Of a stretch of DNA of 64,000 nt, positions 8,432 to 17,934 are shown piece by piece; position 1 is the first letter of the stretch; the number at the start of each line of letters is the position of its first letter. Source of the stretch: Chthonomonas calidirosea. GTDB taxonomy: Bacteria; Armatimonadota; Fimbriimonadia; Fimbriimonadales; Fimbriimonadaceae. Under the pieces are notes generated by a model that was not told the origin of the DNA, ran no database searches, and saw only the letters and a program-made list of their open reading frames with translations. Location: contig CAMAPH010000009.1 in the NCBI GenBank assembly GCA_945859975.1, positions 1-64,000 on the forward strand, read 5' to 3'. The translations under genes and the position numbers were made by a program.

Positions 8432-9466
8432 GTGGCAAATGTCGTCATCGGTGTAGATCTTGGCGGAACCAATGTTCGCGCTGGCGCTTTCTTTGAAGAT
8501 GGAACTCCTGCCGGACCGGATTATGAAAATTCGAGTCGAGCTCAGGAAGGCACCGATGCAATCATCGAGGCGCTGAGTAGCACGATCCATCAAGCGATCG
8601 GTACCGCGAATGGACAGGCGGTATATGTCGGCCTTGCCATTCCGGGACATGTCGATAACGACCGCGGCATCGTTCGCTGGGCACCAAACTTCGGCCGCTA
8701 CGTAAACGGAGTCTTCGAAAGCTGGCGTGATGTTCCTATTCGTGAGCCACTAGAGCATCGGCTAAACCTCCCTCTCGTTATGGGCAACGACGCCAATTTG
8801 GCCGCCCTAGGCGAGTACCGATACGGTTCCGGAAAAGGAACAGCGAAGTGTCTCGTGATGCTGACCGTAGGCACGGGTATCGGCGGTGGCGTGGTCATGG
8901 CGCCGCAGAGCGTGCTCGGAGAAGCGAAAGGGCCACTCGTCTTAGTCGGCAGTAATCAGGGCGGTGCCGAGCTCGGGCACATCGTCATACAAGCTAATGG
9001 CCTGGACTGCAACGCCGGATCGTATGGCTCTCTGGAAGCCTATTGCCAACGAGACTCGATCGTACAGCGCGCTGTTCACCGGCTCCGGCGTGGCCGAAAG
9101 AGTTTGCTCGACGAACTTGTGGAAGGTGATTTTTCTCGCGTCACGCCTCGGCTGATTTCCGAAGGCGCGTCGCATGGCGACGTGATGTGCATTGAAGTTT
9201 GGCGAGAGGTCGGAGAGATGCTCGGGATCGGCATCGGTACATTGATCAACGTTTTCGCACCAGATGTCTTCCCGATCGGCGGACAGATTGCGAAAGCGGG
9301 CGATTTTTTGCTGCAACCGGCAATTGCCTCTGCACAAAACTGTGCGGTCACCTCGCTCTTTGATGATTGCAAGATCGGCTTGGCAGAGCAAGTTGAAGAC
9401 GCCGGGATGCTTGGAGCTGCCGCACTTGCCTTTGAAGCCAACCGATGGCTACGTGCCAGCGGGTAA
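8432..9466 (+). CDS. ROK family sugar kinase (glucokinase-like)
   Basis: IGVDLGGTN, NDANLAALGE, GTGIGGG, GAELGH motifs; start moved to GTG 8432 because the track start lies inside the terminator. Confidence 0.9.
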   Translation: MANVVIGVDLGGTNVRAGAFFEDGTPAGPDYENSSRAQEGTDAIIEALSSTIHQAIGTANGQAVYVGLAIPGHVDNDRGIVRWAPNFGRYVNGVFESWRDVPIREPLEHRLNLPLVMGNDANLAALGEYRYGSGKGTAKCLVMLTVGTGIGGGVVMAPQSVLGEAKGPLVLVGSNQGGAELGHIVIQANGLDCNAGSYGSLEAYCQRDSIVQRAVHRLRRGRKSLLDELVEGDFSRVTPRLISEGASHGDVMCIEVWREVGEMLGIGIGTLINVFAPDVFPIGGQIAKAGDFLLQPAIASAQNCAVTSLFDDCKIGLAEQVEDAGMLGAAALAFEANRWLRASG

Positions 9467-9501
9467 TCTCACAACGTACTCGAGGAGGATTTGAACCTAA
9501 A

Positions 9502-10731
9502 ATGACGGAAGTAATCATGCCTAAGATGGGCGACGGAATGGAGGAGGGAACCCTTCTCGAGTGGCTAAAGAAGGACGGCGATGCCGTCAAATCGGGCGAA
9601 GTCATCGGCAACATCCAGACCGACAAGGCAACGCTTGAGCTTGAATCACCTGCCACCGGAACGCTCACCGGAATTATTCTTGAAGCCGGAAATGCGGTTC
9701 CCGTTGGACGACCGATTGCGCTAATCCTGAAGCCCGGTGAATCCATCCCGGCTGGTTGGGGCTCGGGTGCTCCTGGCGCTAGCGCCGCGCCGGCAGAAGC
9801 TGCGCCAGCGGTAGCCGAAACCGCCACGCCCGTCGAAGCACCGGCCGCCGCTCCGGCTCCAGAGGCTCGAATCAAGGCGAGTCCGCTGGCCAAGAAAGTT
9901 GCTGCCGATAAGGGAATCGACTTGTCGAAGATTCAGGGAACTGGACCTGGAGGACGCATTACCGAGAAGGACGTTCTCGCCGCGCCGTCTGCTCCAGCCG
10001 CTGCTGCTCCTGTCGCAGTATCCGCCCCAGCACCGATCGTTGCTTCGGCCGAGGATCAGGTCATCAAACTTCCCCGCCTTCGCCAGATCACCGCGAAGCG
10101 CACTACCGACAGCAAGCAGCAGGTTCCGCACTTCTATGTCACGGTGGAAGTTGATGTCGAAGCCATCGGTGAGCTTCGGGCGATGTTCGAGCGAGAAGAG
10201 AGCGGAAAGGTCAGCGTTAACGATTTCGTTATCAAGGCTTGCGCCCTCGCGCTCCGAGACATGCCAGAAGTGAACGCCGTTTATCAGGGCGACCAAGTCA
10301 CCATTTTTGGCGGCGTCCACGTCGGAATGGCCGTTGCTATCGCCGATGGTCTTACCGTCCCGGTCATCAAGAACGCCGACCAACTCTCGCTGCGCCAGAT
10401 CTCCGCACGAAGCAAGGAACTCGCAAAGAAGGCACGAGAGAACAAGCTCGGACTTGATGAGCTTTCCGGATCAACCTTCAGCATTTCGAACATGGGCATG
10501 CTGGATGTTGACAACTTCCTCGCTATCATCAACCAGCCAAACAGCGCGATCATCGCGATCGCTTCGGCTCGAAAGAAAGTCGTCGTCAACGATCAGGATG
10601 AGATCGAAGTGCGAAGCCGAATGAACATCACCGGCAGCTTCGACCACCGCGCACTGGATGGTGCCGTCGGTGCCAAGTTCATCAATGCGGTCAAGAAGTA
10701 CCTCGAGAATCCAAGTCGCTTGCTGAGTTAA
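9502..10731 (+). CDS. pdhC: Dihydrolipoamide acyltransferase (2-oxoacid dehydrogenase E2)
   Basis: Lipoyl motif QTDKAT, E3-binding ASPLAKKVA...GPGGRI, catalytic DHRALDG; GAGGAGG upstream of ATG 9502. Confidence 0.9.
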   Translation: MTEVIMPKMGDGMEEGTLLEWLKKDGDAVKSGEVIGNIQTDKATLELESPATGTLTGIILEAGNAVPVGRPIALILKPGESIPAGWGSGAPGASAAPAEAAPAVAETATPVEAPAAAPAPEARIKASPLAKKVAADKGIDLSKIQGTGPGGRITEKDVLAAPSAPAAAAPVAVSAPAPIVASAEDQVIKLPRLRQITAKRTTDSKQQVPHFYVTVEVDVEAIGELRAMFEREESGKVSVNDFVIKACALALRDMPEVNAVYQGDQVTIFGGVHVGMAVAIADGLTVPVIKNADQLSLRQISARSKELAKKARENKLGLDELSGSTFSISNMGMLDVDNFLAIINQPNSAIIAIASARKKVVVNDQDEIEVRSRMNITGSFDHRALDGAVGAKFINAVKKYLENPSRLLS

Positions 10732-10738
10732 TCCTACG

Positions 10739-11116
10739 ATGTCGTAGGACCAACTTGCACGGGATTCGCTGCAGTCGGCCAAGGATCTTCAGAGATCGGG
10801 AAATCACGTCCATCGAAGCGTGGTTTCCCGTGCTTATTACGCCGTTTACTGTGCGGCGACGTACTACATTCTCAGTCACCTTCCAAAGACTACTTTCGGA
10901 AACAACTGGAACAACCCAACTCACGAGCAGTTGAAGGTGTTGCTAAAGGCACTCGATGCAAGGCTTAGACCGTCGAGCAGTACCCTATCAAGCATCACTC
11001 TACTGCGAGAACTGAGAGTTAATGCCGACTACCGTCCCGCCGTAACAGTTTCTGCTTCCATCGCAACCAACGCGCTGATGGAAGCGTCCAAAGTTCTGAA
11101 GGATCTCGGACTCTAG
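10739..11116 (+). pseudogene. HEPN-domain protein with an in-frame TAG at codon 3 (open from GTG 10820)
   Basis: ATG TCG TAG GAC CAA... is in frame with 10820; SRAYYAVY and LRELRVNADY are HEPN-type motifs. Confidence 0.65.
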
Positions 11117-11120
11117 AACA

Positions 11121-11435
11121 ATGGCCAGAACCAATCGAAACCAGATTCGTGAAAAGTTGCTTGAGTTACTCGATACGAGTTTGGGCGGCAGTTTCAAAAT
11201 GTCTTCGCATGGCCCGTACATGCGGAATGGCTACTGGCACTGTGACCTTGATTTACAAGCTGGCACAAGCCTAGAGATCGGAATATACAGGCAGCTCGCC
11301 GAACTTGACATGCAGATCAATGACAAGTTCAAGGAAACGATCACGCTCCATCTCGGTGAAGTGCCCGCCCAGAGCCTAGCTGAAAGAAGCGAACGGCAAC
11401 TTATGGTGGCGGAATCAGCTGCAGAGTACAAGTAG
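11121..11435 (+). CDS. Hypothetical protein, probable partner (antitoxin) of the HEPN gene
   Basis: 104-aa ORF starting 4 nt after the HEPN stop, same strand. Confidence 0.6.
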   Translation: MARTNRNQIREKLLELLDTSLGGSFKMSSHGPYMRNGYWHCDLDLQAGTSLEIGIYRQLAELDMQINDKFKETITLHLGEVPAQSLAERSERQLMVAESAAEYK

Positions 11436-11454
11436 TCGTCTTTTCTGACTGTCC

Positions 11455-11913
11455 CTAGATCCCAAACCACGGACCTTCGGAAATCTGACTCTCGATCAGC
11501 TCACGATCCTCGGGATCGACGATTTCATCTAGGGCCGAAACGGCCGCCCCGCGGAGCGCGATGGCGTCATCAACAATGCCCATCATCGCGTGCGCACGGG
11601 CGAGACCTTCCAACGTGCTTGCTTTCAGATAGTCCGCAACTTCGTTTTTGGAAGCGAGCTCCGCGGCCATGCTTGCGTGGCGCAGGGCCTCGTGCCCAAA
11701 CCCGAGCCGAATATACACCCGCGCCAAGAGCCATTCGCCGGTCGCCAGTTCCTGCGCTCCGCCAATCACCGACCAGTGATACAGAGATGCACACGCCATC
11801 CGTTCAAGTTCAATTTGCTCTTCAGCCGACAACTCAGCACGGTCTAGCAAGTTCCAAGATCCGTTGTAGGTTGAAACGGCAAACTCGCGATGGGTTAAAG
11901 GATTGGTGTGCAT
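11455..11913 (-). CDS. Hypothetical helical (TPR-like) protein
   Basis: 152-aa ORF; ASLYHW...GEWLLARVY...EGLARA helical pattern. Confidence 0.7.
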   Translation of the reverse strand: MHTNPLTHREFAVSTYNGSWNLLDRAELSAEEQIELERMACASLYHWSVIGGAQELATGEWLLARVYIRLGFGHEALRHASMAAELASKNEVADYLKASTLEGLARAHAMMGIVDDAIALRGAAVSALDEIVDPEDRELIESQISEGPWFGI

Positions 11914-11963
11914 AAGGTCAATTCCAGACTACAAGAATATACGTTGCGCTGTAAGATTTAGTC

Positions 11964-12683
11964 ATGTCGCTGGCGCTGCTCGCATCTGTTGTTTTCAGTT
12001 CTCCGGTCTCGTCGGTTGAGTACATCTCCGGAACGGTGGCCTACCGAGAGCGGATCGCGCTGTCGGGCCGGACTGAGCTCGTCGTGGATCTAGATCGTTT
12101 TGCAAAAGACGGCACGCAAACGAATCTCAGCCGTGTGAGACTGCAACTTGGCACGAAGCAAGTGCCGATTCCATTTGTTATCCCGTATCTGCCCGAGACT
12201 ATCAAAGCCGGCGAAACCTACGGTGTTCGAGCTGAGATCTTTGTAAACGGCACCCTACGCTGGCAATCGCCAGCGCATAGCATGGTGATCGCAAACAAGA
12301 AAACGAACGCAAACCTCACCGTCAATCGCGTGCCGGCCGATGCGTACACAACGATCCTTAACCGAGAATGGACGCTTGTGTGGCTTGAAGGCAAAACTGT
12401 GCCAGCTACAAGCAAGATCACACTCAACCTGCAAGGCAAGGACCAACTCACTGCGCGCAGTGGCGTGAATTCGATCCGCGGCACGTTTGTGTATGCGGCA
12501 CCAACCATTCAGCTGAATCCCGGCCCGATGACCCTCATGGCTGGTTCTCCGGAGGCGATGGAACGAGAAAGGCGATTTGTTCAAGTTCTCTTCCAAACTA
12601 ACCGCGCCACGTTAGAAGAGGGTCAGCTCGTGCTCTCCCGAGGGGAAAACACTCTGGCGATCTTCCGACCGACTAAGCGGTAG
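11964..12683 (+). CDS. YbaY-like plus META (HslJ) domain secreted protein
   Basis: ISGTVAYRERIAL and QVPIPF (YbaY); WTLVWLEG...SGVNSIRG...MTLMA (META, with the usual Cys residues absent). Confidence 0.85.
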   Translation: MSLALLASVVFSSPVSSVEYISGTVAYRERIALSGRTELVVDLDRFAKDGTQTNLSRVRLQLGTKQVPIPFVIPYLPETIKAGETYGVRAEIFVNGTLRWQSPAHSMVIANKKTNANLTVNRVPADAYTTILNREWTLVWLEGKTVPATSKITLNLQGKDQLTARSGVNSIRGTFVYAAPTIQLNPGPMTLMAGSPEAMERERRFVQVLFQTNRATLEEGQLVLSRGENTLAIFRPTKR

Positions 12684-13128
12684 GTTCACTGTCTGCGGGG
12701 TCCAGAATTTTTGCGAAAGCGAGCCCAATCGAACTCGCTTCATCGTCGGAAATGCGCTCTCCAAAAAGCTCTTGGATCCCTCGCTCAAGCGTTGGCCAGG
12801 CCCGTAGCCGCTCGGAAAGGCCCAACTCAGTGATCTCAACGTGCATTGCACGGCGGTCGTTTGGGCATGCCACCCGGCGGATCAGCCCCTTTTGCTCGAG
12901 TCGGTCGGCGAGGCGAGTGAGCCCACTCCGCGAATAAATGATCTTGTCCGCTAATTCACTCATTCGAAGACGCTGATCCGGCGCATCTTCAAGGGCAAGC
13001 AGCACATCGTAGACCTCAAGAGAGACAACCCCATCTGCCGACATGCGCCGCTCAAGCTCTTTCGTGATTCGGCCATGCGCCATGAAGAAGTTAGAAAAGG
13101 CCCGCTTTCGAAGGCCATCGGGGTTCAT
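12673..13128 (-). CDS. MarR family transcriptional regulator
   Basis: LRMSELAD...SRSGLTRLADRLEQKGLIRR...DRR...ITELG. Confidence 0.92.
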   Translation of the reverse strand: MNPDGLRKRAFSNFFMAHGRITKELERRMSADGVVSLEVYDVLLALEDAPDQRLRMSELADKIIYSRSGLTRLADRLEQKGLIRRVACPNDRRAMHVEITELGLSERLRAWPTLERGIQELFGERISDDEASSIGLAFAKILDPADSEPTA

Positions 13129-13151
13129 TGCTTAAGTTTGACACACGGTAG

Positions 13152-13208
13152 TTGCACCGTCAACAAAACGTGCCATAATGATTGCGTCAACAATGATTGA
13201 CAAGGCAA
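13152..13208. promoter_or_regulatory. Three TTG-N6-CAA operator-like palindromes between marR and the divergent SnoaL gene
   Basis: TTGcaccgtCAA at 13152, TTGcgtcaaCAA at 13182, TTGacaaggCAA at 13197, around a CATAAT -10 at 13174. Confidence 0.55.
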
Positions 13209-13251
13209 TTAAATCAAATCAACCCGAGAAAGCGTACAAGAACTCGTCACT

Positions 13252-13572
13252 TTGGTCACCACTGGCCGAATCCTCGAAGCCTTTGAAAAATTCTATTCTG
13301 AAGAAGTCGAGATGAGCGAGAACTCAAACCTACCAACCGTTGGCAAGGCAGCCAACCGAGTTCGAGAAGAGCAGTTTGTTGGCTACGTCAAGGAAGTTCA
13401 TAAGAACGAGGCAGCCAAAGTCATCGTTGAAGGTGACCTCGCCGCGATTGAGTGGGATCTGGAGTTCACCGGTGTCGATGGCACACGAGTCAAATACCAC
13501 CAAGTGGCGGTTCAAGAATGGAAGGATGGCCAAATCATTCGAGAGCGATTTTTCTACAACGCGGGTCATTGA
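13252..13572 (+). CDS. SnoaL-like / NTF2 family protein (true N-terminus uncertain)
   Basis: AFEKFYSEEVEMSEN...QVAVQEWKDGQIIRERFFY; the frame is open back to 13213 but has no ATG. Confidence 0.8.
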   Translation: MVTTGRILEAFEKFYSEEVEMSENSNLPTVGKAANRVREEQFVGYVKEVHKNEAAKVIVEGDLAAIEWDLEFTGVDGTRVKYHQVAVQEWKDGQIIRERFFYNAGH

Positions 13573-13688
13573 TCCGCAACTACAGCAGTGTTTGGGCCCA
13601 TCGAAAGGTCGGCCCAACAACATCTGCCGAAATTCCGTACTGGAAACATCACACAATCCACTCGCCTGCTGTAAAGTAGACGCACGCT

Positions 13689-14042
13689 ATGAATGGCTCC
13701 GTACAACTTTCCGCCCTAGGCTTCACCGCCGCTCTGATCATCGGCATCGTCGCATTCAGTCCAACCGCCCAAGCCAAGCAGCAGAAGAAGCCAGAAGTCG
13801 TTAAAACGACCGTTAACCCATTCGTCAAGAAGTACTGCGTCAGTTGCCACGGAGCAAAAGACCCAGCTGACGGCGTGAACCTCACTGGCCTCAAGACCGA
13901 TGCGGACGTCAAGAAGGCCGCCAAGATGTGGAAGAAGGCCGGCCGAGAGGTTCTTGCCAAGAAGATGCCTCCGCAGGGTTCTGCGATGCCAAAAGACGAA
14001 GAGCGAAAGAAGTTCATCGACGCTCTCAATTCGCTGAAATAA
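13689..14042 (+). CDS. Small secreted monoheme c-type cytochrome (planctomycete-type)
   Basis: Signal peptide, CVSCH heme motif, MPP distal ligand. Confidence 0.85.
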   Translation: MNGSVQLSALGFTAALIIGIVAFSPTAQAKQQKKPEVVKTTVNPFVKKYCVSCHGAKDPADGVNLTGLKTDADVKKAAKMWKKAGREVLAKKMPPQGSAMPKDEERKKFIDALNSLK

Positions 14043-14153
14043 GGCTCCATCCCGGCAATCGGCCGGAAGTGCGGTTCGATCTAGGAAGATTGTCAACGTT
14101 TTTTCCGGATCGGACCGTCTGTACCTTGAAAGTTGCGTAGACTTTAAGGGACG

Positions 14154-16520
14154 ATGCGGTCAAAGCGAAACAGCGGTTATATCGAAATCTTAAAGCTGGC
14201 TGGCCTCGCCGCAAGCAGTTCTCTGCTCGGCGTCGTGATTCTAACCGTGCCGCAAACCAAAGGCACAAAGGTCGGCGCTCAAAAGACCACCGCAAAGAAG
14301 GTTGCGCCGATGAAGAGCGCGACCGGAGATTTGCTCCAGGCAGACCTTTCCCCTTTCGTAAACAAGTACTGTGCCAGTTGCCACGGAAAGACGTCCCAAG
14401 TGGCCGGGCTCTCGCTCACGAAATACAAATCCCTCGCGGAAGCGAAAGCCGCGGCTGAAATCTGGCAACGGGCGGCCAGCAACGTTTCAAACAGTCACAT
14501 GCCGCCGAAAGGCATGAAAATGCCCACCACCGCAGAGCGCCAGAAGTTTGTGGACGCCGTCAAGCGCTTGGTGAACGAGGACTGCGGCGTCACTTCCCCG
14601 GGCCGAGTTACCCTCCGCCGTTTGAACCGCGCGGAATACAACAACACGATCCGAGATCTGATTGGAGTCGACTACCGGCCCGCCGATGACTTCCCTTCCG
14701 ACGACGTCGGTTACGGTTTTGACAACATCGGCGATGTATTGAGCCTATCGCCTCTGCTCATGGAGAAGTATCTCGATGCCGCCGAGCAAATCGCGAACCG
14801 GGCCATCTCCACCGAAAAGCGAGCACCGATTCTGGTGCCGGGCTCCAACATGACCGGCAAAGGTGCCGTAACGATTGATGACGACAGTGCGGACCTTGCG
14901 TCCTTTGGTACTGCCATCGCTACTTTCAATATCGCCCGACCCGGGCGGTACTCGATTTCAATATCTGGATACCAATACAAAGCTGGACCTGATAACGCGA
15001 AAGTCGCGGTCGATGTTGACGGAACCGCGGTCTCAGAATTCACGATTGCCGAAACCCGCGAAAAAGCTGGCACGTTCTCGTTACCGTTCAAGTTCGCAAA
15101 AGGTAAGCACACCGTCGGCATCACCTTCCTGAACGACTTCTTCGATGCTAAGCTTCCGGCGAATCAGCGCGACCGAAACGTCACCATCAAGTCAGTAACC
15201 CTCTCACTCCTAGACGCCGCGCCGTTCCCAGAGAGCCACTTGCGCTTGATTCCGGAGCCTCCGGAACCCGGCAAGGTACGAGCCGCCGCAGAAAAGACTT
15301 TGCGCGATCTATCCACCCGGGCTTATCGCCGACCGGCAACTCAAGAAGAGGTCAATGCTCTACTCAAACTCTATGACCTGACCGCCCAAGCGAAGGAGCC
15401 ATATGAGAAGCGCATCCAGATTTGTCTTCAAGCGGTGCTCGTGTCCCCTCACTTCCTGTTCAAAGTGGAAACGGACAAACCGGGAGCCAAAGGCGACCGA
15501 ACCCTCACCGATTTTGAGCTTGCGACTCGACTCTCCTACTTCCTTTGGAGCAGTACGCCGGACTCGCGGCTGCTACAGCTTGCGGGCGAAAAGAAGCTTG
15601 GCAACCCCGCAACCCTGAAAGCAGAAGTACTGCGCATGCTGCAAGACCCGAAGGCGCAGGGACTTGCCGATAACTTTGCCGAACAATGGCTCCAACTTCG
15701 AAGACTCGAGAATTTCCAGCCGAATCCAGAACAGTTCCCTGGCGTCGACACCGAAATGAAGCACCTGATGGCGAGCGAAACGAAATCGTTCTTCATGCAC
15801 GTGCTCAATCAGAACCTGCCGGTTACAGACTTTCTCGACGGCAAGTACACGTATCTCAACGCTCGACTCGCAAAGCACTACGGGATTCCCAATATCACTG
15901 GCGACGACCTTCGATTGGTAAATCTAGCTGGAACCCAGCGGGGCGGAGTGCTTTCCCAAGCCAGCATCCTGAGCATCACCAGCAACCCAACCCGAACTTC
16001 CCCGGTTAAGCGTGGAAAATGGGTGCTTGAGAACATCCTGGGTACCCCGCCGCCACCACCACCGCCTGACGTGGGCGACCTCGGAGACGATGGACAGATA
16101 CTCACGTCGGCCAATCTTCGCGAACGCCTAGAGCAACACCGGAAGAAGCCCGATTGCTTCAGCTGCCACAGCCGAATGGATCCTATCGGCTTTGGGATGG
16201 AAAATTATGACGCCGTTGGTCGCTGGAGAACCGAAGATCAGAACAACAAGATCGATAGCTCTGGCGTTCTTCCCGATGGTCGGAAGTTCACGGGGCCAGA
16301 CCAACTCAAAAAGATACTGCTCCAGAACAAGGACCAGTTCACCCGCACTTTGGCGGATCGACTGTTAACTTATGCAACGGGCCGAGGCATGGAGCCCAAG
16401 GACCAGTGTCACTTGGACGAGATCGTTCTGACCGCCAAAAACACGAATTTTCGCTTCGCATCAATGATCATCGCAATCACCCAAAGCGATCCGTTCCGAA
16501 AGAGGAGTGCAAACCCATGA
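14154..16520 (+). CDS. DUF1592-family (PSD/PSCyt) cytochrome-domain protein
   Basis: CASCH and CFSCH; LRRLNRAEYNNTIRDL, LATRLSYFLWSSTPD, TSPVKRGKWVL motifs. Confidence 0.92.
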   Translation: MRSKRNSGYIEILKLAGLAASSSLLGVVILTVPQTKGTKVGAQKTTAKKVAPMKSATGDLLQADLSPFVNKYCASCHGKTSQVAGLSLTKYKSLAEAKAAAEIWQRAASNVSNSHMPPKGMKMPTTAERQKFVDAVKRLVNEDCGVTSPGRVTLRRLNRAEYNNTIRDLIGVDYRPADDFPSDDVGYGFDNIGDVLSLSPLLMEKYLDAAEQIANRAISTEKRAPILVPGSNMTGKGAVTIDDDSADLASFGTAIATFNIARPGRYSISISGYQYKAGPDNAKVAVDVDGTAVSEFTIAETREKAGTFSLPFKFAKGKHTVGITFLNDFFDAKLPANQRDRNVTIKSVTLSLLDAAPFPESHLRLIPEPPEPGKVRAAAEKTLRDLSTRAYRRPATQEEVNALLKLYDLTAQAKEPYEKRIQICLQAVLVSPHFLFKVETDKPGAKGDRTLTDFELATRLSYFLWSSTPDSRLLQLAGEKKLGNPATLKAEVLRMLQDPKAQGLADNFAEQWLQLRRLENFQPNPEQFPGVDTEMKHLMASETKSFFMHVLNQNLPVTDFLDGKYTYLNARLAKHYGIPNITGDDLRLVNLAGTQRGGVLSQASILSITSNPTRTSPVKRGKWVLENILGTPPPPPPPDVGDLGDDGQILTSANLRERLEQHRKKPDCFSCHSRMDPIGFGMENYDAVGRWRTEDQNNKIDSSGVLPDGRKFTGPDQLKKILLQNKDQFTRTLADRLLTYATGRGMEPKDQCHLDEIVLTAKNTNFRFASMIIAITQSDPFRKRSANP

Positions 16521-17863
16521 ACCACATCGATAGAAAAACATTCTTGCGCGGCGTAGGCACCGCCATGGCCCTCCCGGTACTCGAAAAGATGTTCCCGATG
16601 ACGGCCCTGGCATCAAGCCTGCCTGCCCAGGCAAAGCCCGTCCGCATGGCGTTTCTGTTTGTTCCAAACGGTGTAGAGATCAACCACTGGACGCCAAAAG
16701 CTGCCGGCGCACTCTCTGGCGAACTGCCGAATATTCTGCAGCCGCTCTCAGAACTCCGAAACGACTTCAATATCCTAACCGGGCTTACTCAGCACCACGC
16801 ACGCGCTAACGGTGATGGCCCAGGCGACCATGCTCGCTCAACCGCTTGCTGGCTCACCGGCGTGCAGGCAAAGAAAACGGCCGGATCGGACATTCGCAAC
16901 GGCGTATCTGCAGACCAAGTTGCGGCCCGCGAGATCGGCCGAAACACGAAGTTCGCAAGTCTAGAAATCGGCTGCGAGCGCGGCGGCGTGAGCGGTGACT
17001 GTGATAGCGGTTACTCCTGCGCCTACTCCAGCAACGTTTCGTGGCGCTCGGAGAACACACCCGTAGCCAAAGAAGTGAATCCACGGCTCGTGTTTGAGCG
17101 GCTGTTTGGCAACGGTCAGGCCGGAGAAGAAAAGGAAGCCCAGACACGACGTGATCTCTTCCGCCAAAGCATCCTAGACCTCGTTTCTGAAGACGCATCT
17201 CGACTAAAAGCACAGCTCGGCACCCGAGATTTGCGAAAGCTTGACGAATACTTCGAGGGCGTTCGAGAAATCGAGAAGCGCTTGCAGAAATTCGAGAACA
17301 GCCAGGCTGCCCTCATCGCTGCGGGAGTTGGAAAACCCAACGGAATCCCCGCGGATTACGGCGAGCACATTCGGCTCATGGGTGACATGATGGTCCTGGC
17401 CTTCCAGGCGGACCTAACCCGCGTTTGCACCTTCATGTTTGCAAACGACGGTAGCAATCGTAGCTATCACCAGATAGGCGTTTCGGAAGGGCACCACGAC
17501 GTGAGCCACCACGGCCGCGATCCTAAGAAGCTCGAAAAGAAGCGCCAGATCGACCGGTTCCATACCGAGCAACTTGCCTACATTCTTCGAAAGATGAAGG
17601 AGACGAAGGACGGAGATGCCAGCCTGCTGGATAACACCATGCTCGTCTACGGAGGCGGCATCAGCGATGGCGATCGCCATAACCATGACAACCTCCCTAT
17701 CCTCATGGCCGGTAAAGCGGGCGGACGGCTCAAGACTGGTCAGCACATCGTTTATCCAAACGAGACGCCGATGACCAACCTGTTCCTTTCCATGCTTGAT
17801 AAGGTCGGTGTCCGTATGGACAAGCTGGGAGATAGCACCGGCAAACTTCAGGGACTCTTCTGA
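16517..17863 (+). CDS. DUF1552 (HxxSHH) family protein
   Basis: Tat-like leader DRKTFLRG; HHDVSHH, SLLDNTM and DGDRH motifs; ATGA overlap with the DUF1592 gene. Confidence 0.92.
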   Translation: MNHIDRKTFLRGVGTAMALPVLEKMFPMTALASSLPAQAKPVRMAFLFVPNGVEINHWTPKAAGALSGELPNILQPLSELRNDFNILTGLTQHHARANGDGPGDHARSTACWLTGVQAKKTAGSDIRNGVSADQVAAREIGRNTKFASLEIGCERGGVSGDCDSGYSCAYSSNVSWRSENTPVAKEVNPRLVFERLFGNGQAGEEKEAQTRRDLFRQSILDLVSEDASRLKAQLGTRDLRKLDEYFEGVREIEKRLQKFENSQAALIAAGVGKPNGIPADYGEHIRLMGDMMVLAFQADLTRVCTFMFANDGSNRSYHQIGVSEGHHDVSHHGRDPKKLEKKRQIDRFHTEQLAYILRKMKETKDGDASLLDNTMLVYGGGISDGDRHNHDNLPILMAGKAGGRLKTGQHIVYPNETPMTNLFLSMLDKVGVRMDKLGDSTGKLQGLF

Positions 17864-17880
17864 GCTTCCGCAGTTAAACA

Positions 17881-17916
17881 AAAAGCGGCTGGTCGATTGA
17901 TCGACCAGCCGCTTTT
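17881..17916. terminator. Bidirectional intrinsic terminator
   Basis: AAAAGCGGCTGGTCGA / TCGACCAGCCGCTTTT between convergent genes. Confidence 0.85.
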
Positions 17917-17934
17917 CTGTTGACAAAAGTAGTC

